Origin: the human T2T-CHM13v2.0 reference genome, Homo sapiens
Assembly: GCF_009914755.1 (NCBI RefSeq)
Contig: NC_060947.1
Strand: one strand, 5' to 3'
DNA length: 64,000 nt
Positions 45,116-57,000 of the stretch are shown here, in pieces. Made by a program: the position numbers and the translations under genes. The stretch's first letter is position 1. Every line of letters begins with the position of its first letter. Under the pieces are notes generated by a model. It searched no databases, had not been told where the DNA came from, and was given only the letters and a program-made list of their open reading frames with translations.

Positions 45116-45957
45116 GTCTAAGTTGGAAGAATTATATTGTTCTCTTCATTTTTCACAAGAATATTTGTAAATATTTGTTCAAAGAGTTGGTAAAGTATAC
45201 ATTAAATATTAGCAGAGAATAATACTGAAGCAAATATATATATGAAGTTCACTTAAAATAAGTATTCTAGTTAGAACGATGGTTTTAGTTTTGATTATGT
45301 TTGTTTTTGGAATTCTCTTTCATTTAGGCAATTAGACTACTGAGTGACAAATACTGACACTCTACATTGATGAATTCCTTTGAATAAATTTTCAAATATG
45401 TATGCCATAGATATTTAAACTCCTGAAATTATTTTGTTTTCTTAAAAGTAGAAATGAAACTAATTGGCATGTATCCACTAAATTTCAAACCAGAGTGAAA
45501 AACTAATATATTATTGAAAATGTACTATATGAAATGGCAGTTAAAATAAAAGTGGTTAATTATAATACAAAACTTGCTGTTTACACCATCTTAGGAAAGT
45601 GGCATATAACACATAAGAGGGGGAGTACATCTCCATACAGACAGAGATGAGGGACAGTAAGGAGAAAATTAAATAAATTTCTAGGCTTTTATCAGTTCAA
45701 CTTTTTTTTTCTGCTAAATATTGGTACCCAAAATAGAAGGCTCAACACCCTTTGACTCTTCAGAGGATGCAAAACAACAGAAATTAGAGAGTTAAGTTGC
45801 TCTCCATGTTAAACTGAGGGAAGTATTTTGTGTGTGTGAGTTGGAGGAGATGATAAGGAAAATAGAAAATAGGAACAGGAAAATAGGAGTGGTAATATTA
45901 GGAGTGCCTTGAGGTAGAGAGGTGACACAGAAAAATGATCATTAAAAAGCACATACA

Positions 45958-47402
45958 GGCTGAGCACGGTGGCTCACACCTGTAATCCCAACATTGTGGG
46001 AGTCTGAGGTGGGCAGATCACTTGAAACTAGGGGTTGAAAACAGCCTGGGCAACAATTCAAGACCCTGTCTCTAATATACGTATATATATTATATATTTA
46101 AATATATAAGAATATTTTATAATTATATATATAATTATAAAAGATATGCCACTTTCCTATATAATAGATATTATATATTATTGTATATTATATATTATAT
46201 AATATTTTATATAATATATATTATTTATACAATTATAACATATTTACATATATTATTATATATTATATATTGTATTATAATTATATTGTATATTATATAA
46301 TTATGTTATATTTACCTATTTTATATATTATATAATTATATGTAATATATTAATGTATATATTATCTATATTATATATTATATATAATCATTATACATAA
46401 TATATATTAATTATATATAATATATAATATAGTAATGATTATATATAATATATATGTTATATAAAATATATCTTAATGATTATATATAATATACATATTA
46501 ATATCTATTAATGATTATATATAATATATTATATATATTACATAATCTATAATTATATACTATAGATCATATAGTATATGTAAATATATATCATATATGT
46601 AAATATATATCATACATTATATATGTAAATACATATTACAGATTTACATGTTATATATAATATAGGTAAATATATATTATGTATAATATATAATATATAT
46701 CATATATTATGTATAATATATGTAGATATATATCATATATTATGTATAATATATGTAAACATATATTATGTATTATATCTATGTAAATACATATTATATA
46801 TATGCCAATATATTATATATTATATGTCAGTATATATTATATAATCTATAATATATGTAAATATATCATAATCATCTATAATATATGCAAATATATTATA
46901 ATCTATAATATATGCAAAATATATATTACATAGTATATAATATATGTAAATATGTATGGCATATTCTATATAATATATGTAAATGTGTATGGCATATTCT
47001 ATATATGTAAATATGTATGACATAGTCTATATATGTAAATGTGTATGACATATTCTATTTATAATCTATGTAAATGTGTATATATTCCGTATATAATATA
47101 TGTAAATGTGTATGTTATATTCCGTATATATGTAAATGTGTATTATATATTCCTTATATAATGTATGTAAATGTTATTATATATTCCATGTATAATGTAT
47201 GTAAATATGTATTATATAGTCCATATATAATATATGTAAATATGTATTATATATTCCATATATAATATATGTAAATATGTATTATGTATTCCATATATAA
47301 TATATGTAAATATGTATTATATATTCCACATATAATTTGAACTATGATCATGCCACTGCACTCCAGCCTGGGTGAGAGAGTCCAGACCCTATCACCAAAA
47401 AC
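45958..47402 (+). mobile_element. AluJ split by a large AT-rich expansion
   Basis: Left arm at 45958-46074 and distal right arm at ~47338-47402. Degenerate flanking repeat AAAAAGCACATACA / AAAAACATATAGA. Confidence 0.8.
46075..47337 (+). repeat. ~1.26-kb AT-rich compound micro/minisatellite
   Basis: (TA/TTA/TAA)n grades into longer units and ends in 35-bp repeats TATATAATATATGTAAATATGTATTATATATTCCA at 47189, 47224, 47259 and 47294. Confidence 0.95.
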
Positions 47403-47751
47403 ATATAGAGCACAACCACATTGCATTGTGTCAAAACTTTAATAAAATGCACTACAGCCCAAATTTCCCAATTCATACTTTTCTGACAGGTAATGGGGGT
47501 ACAGAATCCTGGGGAGATATTTGACTATTCACTTTGGGTTTTTCATTAAACATACAGTAGGGAAACACTGCAGTAGCTGATTAATGATACAAAATCAGAA
47601 ATAAGAGGAATTCACAGCTAGGAGTGACCACAAATATTTTAGTCCCTGAAGAATTCACAGAAATCTTGAGGAGAACATTAGACTTCCTAAGCATATAATA
47701 AATGAAGCTACATCTTTTTATCTTAATGAATAAGGTAGTCAAAGCCAGTAT

Positions 47752-47812
47752 GTAGGATGGATGGATGGATAGATAGATAGACAGATAGATCGATAGATAG
47801 ATAGATAGATGA
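47752..47812 (+). repeat. (GGAT)n(AGAT)n microsatellite
   Basis: Direct reading of the sequence. Confidence 0.95.
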
Positions 47813-47814
47813 TA

Positions 47815-47975
47815 GTTAACTGTATTTATTTCGGGTATATTAACATCTATAATATTCCTGTGAAAATGGTGTTCTTCTAATTTCATTTTATAGATTAAGA
47901 AACTGACGTTTTGAGGTTAAAAGGTTAAATTACTTTCAGAAGATCACATTACTGGTAAAGGAGAGGACTAGGATT
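47815..47975 (-). mobile_element. MIR, interrupted by the following L1 (appears to resume at ~49825-49870)
   Basis: CATTTTATAGATTAAGAAACTGACG...AGGTTAAATTACTT...AGATCACATTACTGGTAA; continuation CCCAGTTCTGTCTGACCTCAAA. Confidence 0.7.
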
Positions 47976-47987
47976 AATAAATATCCA

Positions 47988-49822
47988 AATCACAAGGAAA
48001 ACTACAAAACGCTGATGAAGGAAATCAAAGAGGACACAAAGAAGTGGAAAGATATCCCATGCTCTTAAATCAGAAGATTTAATATTATTAAAATGATCAT
48101 ACTGCCAAAAGAAATCTACAGAGTCAATGTAATCTCTGTCAAAGTACCAACATCATTTTTCACAGAAAGAGAAAAAAAAATCTTAAAATTTGCATGGAAC
48201 AGAAAAAGAGCCTAAATATTGAAAGCAATCCTAAGCAAAAAGAACAAAGCTGGAGGCATCACATTACGTGACTTCCAAATACATTACAATGCTATAGTAA
48301 GCAAAACAGCATGGTATTTGTATAAAAACAGATATATAGACCACACAGACCAGTGGAACAGAACAAAGAACTCAAATAAATTTACATAATTACAACAAAC
48401 TGATTTTTGACAAAGGTGACAGGAACAACCTTGAAGAAAAGATATCTTCTTCAATAACTAGTGCTGGGAAAATTGGATATCCATATGCAGAAGTTTGAAA
48501 CTGTACCTCTATCACTCAAGACATACAAAAATCAAATCCAGATGAATTAAATATTTGGATGTAAGTCTCAAAACTATAAAACTTCTAGAAGAAAACATAG
48601 AGAAAACACTTTAGGACATTGGTCTAGTAAATAATTGTATGTCTAGGACCTCTAAAGCACAGACAACAAAAACATAAATAGACAAATGGTACTATATTAA
48701 ACTAAAAGTCTTCTGCACAGCAAAGAAAACAATCAACAGGGTGAAGAGGCAACCTGCTGAATGGGAGAAAATATCTGCAAACCATATCACAAGGGACTAA
48801 AATTGAGAATACACACAGAATGTAAACAACTCAGCAATATAAAACAAGTAGGAAGAGGTCATGGACAGACATTTCTCAAAAGAAAACAATTAGCCAACAG
48901 ATATGTGAAAAAATGCTCAATATCACTAATCATCAGGAAATGTAAATGAAAACTGAAATGACATATCATTTTACCCCATTTATAATGGCTATTACTAAAA
49001 TGACCAAAAATAACATATGATGGCAAGGATGTGGAGAAAAGGGAACACTTATACACTGTTGTTGGGAATGTCAATTAGCCACTATGGAGAACAACATGAA
49101 AATTTCTAAAAAAAAAAAAAAAAAAAAAAACTGAAATATAATTACCACATGATCCAGCAATCCCACTACTGAATATTTATCCAAAGGAAAATACATCAGT
49201 ATATCATAGGGGTACCTGCACTCTCATGTATATTGCAGCACTATTCACAATAGCAAATATATTGAATAAACATAAATGTCCATCAATGTTCAAATGGATA
49301 AGGAAAATGTGGTATATATACACAATGGAATCCAGTCATAAAAAAAAAATAATGTCATTTGTAACAACATGGGTGGAACTGGAGGTCATTATGTTAAGTG
49401 AAATAAGTCAGACACAGAAAGACAAACATTGCATGTTCTCATTCATATGTGGAAGCTACAAAAGTTGATCTCATGGAAGTAAAGAGTAGACTGAATAGAT
49501 ATCAGAGGCTGGGAAGAATGTTTGGCTGGGGTGAGGAGATACGACCAGAGGTTGGTTAAGCATAAAACACACAGTTAGATACAAGGAATTTGTTATAATG
49601 TTATACGGAAGACTAGGGTGACTACAGTTAGCAATAATGTATTGCATATTTCAAAGTAGCTAAAAGAGAAGACTCAAATTGTTCCCAATCCATACAAATA
49701 ATATATACTCAAGGTGATGGGTACCTCTTATACTCTGACTTGATAATTACACATTCTACGCATGTAACAGAATATCACATGTACCCCTAAAGTATGTAAA
49801 ATATTATTCATCAATAAAATAA
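47988..49822 (+). mobile_element. 5'-truncated L1MA (L1MA4-like), 3' ORF2 and 3' UTR
   Basis: ORF 49226..49468 (MYIAALFTIA...WIRKMWYIYTME...HCMFSFI). L1MA 3' UTR (CTAGGGTGACTACAGTTAGCAATAATG...CACATGTACCCC). Degenerate TSD AATAAATATCCA / AATAAATGCCCA. Confidence 0.88.
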
Positions 49823-50579
49823 ATGCCCAGTTCTGTCTGACCTCAAATTTATACCCTTTATAGTATGTTTTTCTGCATCTGTTTAAAACTTTATGTTAGC
49901 ATTTAACATCTATGTTAAAAACTATGAAAGAATATTCTCTCGCATGTCATCATTACCATCAAATATGTATAATTAATAATTTATATTTTTATAATAAGCC
50001 ATGCATTTTCTGGTTGCTTAAAGAAAAGTCTGAATAGTTTAGTAAAATATTATTAGCCAGCAAGTCAGCAGTTCAAGGTGCTAGTCTCAAATCTTCCACA
50101 AAGTGTCCTGAAAGTGTTGAAGATTCCCATCGTTTGATCCTCTTTCTGAATTCTAGTATTGCCATCTTTTTTTTTTTTTTTTCTAAAACATGTTTCAGGG
50201 AATACTGTTCCACAACATGACACACACAGGTGTGCACACACACACACACACAATTCTGTGATAGAATAAATTTAAAAAAATGCGAACTACAGCTTCATTT
50301 AGAAATCTGTGATGTAGTTTAGCATGGCTCTAAGACATAATTAGTTAAGGAACCTGTTAAGGTTTTTAAACACATGTTTTCTAAATTGTAGGTAACTTGG
50401 ACACATCCTCCCTTTTGTCAAAATATTTTCAATGGAAAACAGTGTGTGAAATGTTGATGTGTGTTCTTTCTAATGATCTTTGTAGTTTCACATTTTATGG
50501 CTCTTATTACTGTTCCTTAGTGGTATTTCAAAACAATGCTAGGAATACTAAGTAATTATTATTCTTACTGGGAAAAATA

Positions 50580-51105
50580 TCATTGAGTCAAGTTTTCCTT
50601 TATCAGTATGTTTTGAATATAAACGAAAAATTTCCCCCAAACTGGTTTTAATAACAAAACCTATTGTTATATAACAAAATTAAATAATAAGATTTCAAGA
50701 GTAATATCTGAGAATTCTACTCTCACTTCTCTATAATTTTTAAGTTTGAATTCCTTCAGATGTTGTTTTCATGCTCAGCCACTTAGCAAGATAGCTATAT
50801 AGTTTCTGATAATCAGTCGAGACATGGAAATATTTTTTTTTCCTTAGGAGAGTGGAAAGCATTCCAAAATGTTCTTTAGAGGACTTCACACATATGTTGT
50901 TGGTCTCATGGCTGTTCTTAATCCAATCACTGGTAAGAAGGCTGAAATTGCCATGAATGAATTGAACTAAATGTTATCCACTATCTGGAAGTAGAGGTCA
51001 GGTCAGCTTTCACACAAACACGTGATTATATGCTGGCGGCTGAACAGTGAAAAAAAAATCAATGTTTTCTTAGGAAGAGGAATGAGGGCGTGGCATATTA
51101 AGCAT
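50580..51105 (-). mobile_element. Old MLT1 (J/K/L-like) LTR
   Basis: CATGGCTGTTCTTAATCCAATCACTGGTAAG and AAAATCAATGTTTTCTTAGGAAGAGGAATGAGGG resemble old MLT1 LTRs. Confidence 0.55.
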
Positions 51106-51199
51106 AATCTTATGCGAATGTTAAGAATATAGAAGAAAAATGTTTCAAAATAATAGATTTAGTTGACGCAGAGTAACACATAGAAGACAAACATCAGGT

Positions 51200-51395
51200 A
51201 GAAAATTTGAAAGTCTGAGATCTATTGTCAGTTTTCACTTAAAAAAAATATGTCCTCAGGCCAATCATTAAAACTATGTAAGCCTCAGTTTTCCTACTTA
51301 CATAGAGATGTTATTACTTGCCTATTATTATTCAAATAGATATTTAGATAACAAAATAGAGTAATAGGTATGAAAGCTCTTTTATATAGAAGTAT
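51200..51395 (+). mobile_element. MIR fragment
   Basis: CTCAGGCCAATCATTAAAACTATGTAAGCCTCAGTTTTCCTACTTA. Confidence 0.55.
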
Positions 51396-52969
51396 TATCT
51401 TATTTTAAAAAAATATTTTTATTTAACTTTGAGAAAGAAAATTCAACGTTTTTACATTTTTTACAATGATAAACAGTATAATTAGACACAATCCATTAAC
51501 AAGACAAAAATGACAATTTGTCATGTTTTCTCTTTTTTTATAATGACTTTGATAGTTCTCTTACAGGTATTCAAATAAAGCATTATTTAAACAATGTTAA
51601 ACTCATCTTTTTTTTTTTTTTCAGCAAGGCTTCTTGAAGATGGTTGCCTGTATTTCTGATGAGTTTGCAAGCAAGAGAAAGGTCTGAAATCCAGTAACTC
51701 AGAGTCGATATAATGCTTACAGTAACATAAATGACAAAGTGTCATTGATGACTGAGATGACAAATGACAACATGCATATTAATAAGCACTAGACGACATT
51801 CAATCACTGTCCAATATTCTTAGTCACGCTGAAGGACAGTGCAATCTTCAAATGCAGCACCCCACAGAAGAAGTGTGACTGTCACCAAACAACCTCTACA
51901 ACTTAGAAAGTCAGCAGAAAAGTGTCAAGGTTATGGCTATCTTCATGGAAAGGTGAATGACACCTGCATAATTTTTATATCCATACTACGGGGGCAACAA
52001 CAATAGCCTCCAAATTATACTTCTACACAATAAAAATAGGCTCCAAATTATTGTACAGAAGTTGTGTCTACACATATAATCAGTTCAAGCCTTTCAACTA
52101 AATTTAGTAATGAATGAAATTAATTTTTTTCATTGTGCTCTCTTTCTTTCTCTCTCCATCCCTGCCTGTTTCCCTCTCTATCTATATAGTTATTTGACAG
52201 GAGTGCTTGTGTGTTTGATCAATTTCATTAAAGTAGTCTATCTAGGTGGAATTTATGTGGCTCTTAATCTAGTCATGTGACACAAGTGCTACGTGTATGT
52301 GTATATGTTTCTATATAACACACACGTAAGTAATTTTTATATCTCAAATGTCCGGACATTTTATGAGTCATCTACTTTATTATTTACAGATTTTTTTCTT
52401 TTTTAATATATAGAACAATTTCCTGAATACATTTATTATGAACATATGATAAATATAAATAATATAGATACTTGACAAAAACACTTAACAACCCAAAAAG
52501 GAAGAGCTGAGGTGGATAGTCCAGTCCAAAGGCTTATTGTTCACCAAAGTGACAGGTAGAGTGCATTCCCTCTGGTAGTGCAGAAATGGCTGATATTGTT
52601 GTTATGTGTTACAGCCCTAATGTCATTCAACAGGTATTTTAGACTGAATACGAAAATCGTTAAAAAAACTATTTATGTTCCTGGGCTTGAATATAAATAT
52701 ACACAGAAGCCTCAACTCTTCTGCTCGTATGTTCTTTGCTTTTCTACTGAATATCAACAGATATTTTTCTTTTTGTCTACACTGAAAACAATAAGCTATA
52801 TTGCAGAGATGGGTGGATTATTTCAAATGTACTTTCTTGAACTTGTAACCTTAAGAATGATGATATTAAATAAAACTTAAGCTATCTTAACCCAAGAAAT
52901 AAGAAGTTGTCTATATAAAAATGTTAGAAAGAGTTGGCTTTTCTGTATAATTATTTATCTTTAGCCTAG

Positions 52970-53348
52970 TTTATTAGTCTACTGAGGCTGCCATAAGATA
53001 ATATCCCAGACTGGGTGGTTTAAACAACTGAAATTTGTATTCTGACAGTTTTGGAGGCTAAAATTCCCAGATCAAGTTGTCTGCAGACTTGGTTTCTCCA
53101 TAAGACTATTTTCATGACTTGTACATGACCACCTTCTTATTGTTTCTTCACATGGTCTTTCCTCTGTGCTAGCGTACTCTTAATGTCTCTTTCTTTCCTT
53201 ATAATGTCATAACCCTTATTGGGTAAGGGCCCAATCTTTATGACCTCATTTAACCTTTATTACCTACTTAAAGACTCTGTCTCCTAATACAGTAATATCA
53301 GGAGTTAGGGCTTTTAATTTGGGGGAGGGCATAATTCAGTATAAGACA
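52970..53348 (-). mobile_element. MLT1B-type MaLR solo LTR
   Basis: TATTAGTCTACTGAGGCTGCCATAA...CAGACTGGGTGGTTTAAACAAC...ATGACCTCATTTAACC...ATAATTCAG. Confidence 0.85.
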
Positions 53349-54059
53349 CGGAGTTAGAAAATTCTATTTGTCTCAAGGAAGCACTTGGTACATCATTATC
53401 TACTAAATTCAACTTTATTAAATTAGTATTTAACATATATTCTGTGATAAAATATGCAAATAATACTTTCTGTCACCTGAAACATACACAGAAACAGTAA
53501 ATATTTGTTATCATTAGCTTTCTAGTGCATAAAAGAGAGAAAGGAATGAGAGAAACTGTGCGCGCGTGTGTGTGTGTGTGCGCCTATGTGAAATGAAGGT
53601 GTTTGCTTTGCTTAGAAAGCAGTAAAGCATTTGCCTATTATATGAGGCATAACCTGCAAGATATATATATATTCTCAAAAGATACCGAATGGACAGAACA
53701 AACATTTAAAGTTATCAATCATTCATTGGGCACATAGAGTGTTGTGGAATTATAAAATTTATGGTATTATGAATTTTAATCCCACAAAAAACCTACACAT
53801 ATAAAAACTGCTTCAAGTCAACACAGTATAAGGAAGTACTGTGTAATGTATTCACATATATCACAGCTATATTATTATGATTAATTCATACATAACTATT
53901 AAATAATATTCTTTCTTCCATTAAATCACTATCTTTCAGTCATAGTTTACCAGGAAGAAAATAATTAAAATGACAACTACCTATAGCATAATTGGTATCA
54001 ATTTTGGTAACTGGCTTAATATAAATTTCCATTTAAGTTTTGTTGAATAAGTAAAGCTT

Positions 54060-57000
54060 ATTTAATTTTTATATTTAATTATTATGGGTAAAAGAAAGTG
54101 CATATATTTATGGGGCATAAGAGATATTTTGATATAGGCACACAATGCATAATAATCACCTCATGGAAAAGGGGATATCCATCCCCTCAAGCATTTATCC
54201 TTCGAGTAACAATCCAATTATATTCTTAGTTATTTTAAATGTACAATTACATTATTATTGACTATAGTCATCCCATTACACTTTCAAATAGTAGGTATTA
54301 ATCATTCTTTGTAACTATTACTTGGTCCCACTAACCATTCTCACCTTCCACCCCCTCACTATCTTTTGCAGACTCTACTAACAATCCTTCCTATCTCTAT
54401 CTTCATGAGTTCAATTATGATGAAATTACATTTTTAGACACCACAAGTAACTGAGAATACGTGATATGTGTCTTTTTGTGCCGGGCTTATTTTACTTAAC
54501 ATAATGATCTCCAGTTCCATCCATGTTGTTGCGAATGGCAAGGATGTCATATTTTTATGCTTGAATAGTACTCCTCTGTGCATATGTACTACATTTACTT
54601 TAACCATTAATCTGTTGACAGACACTTAGGTTGCTTCCAAATCTTAGCTATTGTAAACAATCCTGCAACAAACATGTGAGTGCAGATATCTCTTTGATAT
54701 ACCGATTTCCTTTATGTGGGGTACGTACCCAGCAGTGGGATTGCTGGATCATATGGCAGCTCTATTTTTAGTTTACTGAGGAACCTCTAAACCATTCTCC
54801 GTAGTGATTGTACTAACTTACATTCCCAACAACAGTGTATGAGGGTTCCCTTTCTCCACATCTTCACCAGCTTTGTTATTGCTTGTCTTTTGGATATAAT
54901 CCATTTTAACTGAGATGAGATGGTATATTATTGTAACTCTGATTTGCATTTTTCTGATAAGCAATAATATTGAGCACCTTTTCATATTCGTATTATTCTG
55001 TTCTTGCACTGCTATAAAGAAATATCTAAGGCTAGATAATTTATAAAGGAGAGAGGTTTAATTGGCTCACGGTTCCACAGGCTTTTACATGAAGCTTAGT
55101 GACATCTGCTTCTGGGAAGACCTCAGGAAGCTTCTAATCATGACAGAAGGCAAAGGTGGAGCAGTTGTCTTACACAGTGGGAGCAGGAGCAAGAGAAATA
55201 AGTTGGGGTGGGGAGGTGCCACACACTTTTAAACAACCAGATCTTGTGAGAACTCACTATCATGACGTCAGTACCAAGGGGGATGGTGCTAAACCACTCA
55301 TAAGAAACCACCCCCATGATCGAGTCACTTCTCACCAGGCCCCAACTCCAACACAACACTGGGAATTACAATTTGACATGAGATTTGATGGACACACAGT
55401 TGTAAACCATATCAGTATAGTTGTTTCATATTTGTATGTCTTTTGAGAAATATTTATTCAAATTTCTTTTCTCAGTTTTTGATCAGATTATTAGATTTTT
55501 TTCTATACAATTATTTGAGCCCCTTGTATGTTCTCATTATTAATGCCCTGTCAGATGGGTACATTGCAAATATTTTCTCCCATTTTGTGGGGGTTGCCTC
55601 TTCAGTTTGTTCATTGTTTCCTTTGCTGTGCAGACTTGATGTGATCCCATTTGTTCTCTTTTGTTTGCTTGCTTGTGATTGTGGGGTATGAATCAAGAAA
55701 TTTTTGCCCAAAGTAATGACCTTGAAAGTTTCCTCAATATTTTCTTATAGCAGTTTCATAGTTTCAGGTCTTACGTAAGTCTTCAATTCACTTTGATTTT
55801 TTTTTTTTTTTGTATATGGCAAGATATAGGGCTCTAGTCTCATTCTTCTGCATATATATATCCAGTTTTCCCAGAACCATTTATCGAACAAACTGTCTTT
55901 CCCCAGGCACGTTCTTCGCATCTTTGTGAAAACTGAGTTCACTTTAGGTGTGTGGATTTTTGGGGTTCTCTATTTTGTTCCATTGGTCTATGTGTCTGTT
56001 TTTATACCAGTACCATGTTGTTTTGGTTAACAGAGCTCTGTAGTATAATTTGAAGTCAGGTGATGTGATTCCTTCAGTTTTGTTCTATTTGCTTAATATA
56101 TCTTTGGTGATTCTGGGTCTTTCATGGTTTCATATACATTTCAGGAATTTTTTCTATTTCTGTGAAGAATGTCATTGGTATTTTGATAGAGATTCCATTG
56201 AATATATTGCTTTGTGTAGTATGGACATTTTAATAATATTAATTCTTCCAATCCATGAACCTGGAATATCTCTGCATTTTTTGGTATACTTTTAAACTTC
56301 TTTCATCAGTATTTTACAGTTTTAGTTGCAGAGTATTTTCATTTCTTGCTTAAATCCTATGTATTAAATTGTATTTGTAGCTATTTTTAATGGGATTACT
56401 TCTTAAATTTCCTTTTCAGGTTGCTCACTGTTGGCATATAGAAATGCCACTGAATTTTAATGTTGATTTTGTGTCCTACAACTTTACTAAATTGACCAGT
56501 TGTAATTTTTTTTGGAAGAGCCTTTAGGTTTGTCCAAATATATGATCCTATCATCTGCAAACAAGAATAATTTGACTTATTTCTTTCCAAATTAGTTGTC
56601 CTTCATTAGTTTCTGTTGTGTGATTACTCTTACTAGGACTTCCAGTACTATGTTGAATAACAGTGGTGAAAGAGGGCATCCTTGTCGCGTTCCACATCTT
56701 AGAGAAAAGGCTTTCAGTTTTTCCCCATTCAGTATGATACTATGTCTCTCATATATGGCTTTTATTATATTGAGATATGTTCCTTCTATACCCAGGTTTT
56801 TTAGGGTTTTTATCATGAAGAGATGTTAAATTTTATCAAATGCTTTTTCAGCAATTGAAATGATCACGTTTCATGTCCTGCATTCTGTTGATATAATGAA
56901 TCACATTGGTTGATTTGCATATGTTGAACCATCCCTGAATCTCAGGGAAGAATCGCACTTTGCCGTAATTAATGATCTTTTTAATTTTTGTTGAATTAGA

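Noticed and set aside
46820-47265. Tyr/Ile-rich ORFs
   Set aside because: Artefacts of translating an AT-rich tandem repeat.
50060-50440. Possible hAT-Charlie/MER DNA transposon relic
   Set aside because: The resemblance is vague and I could not identify terminal inverted repeats or a TSD.
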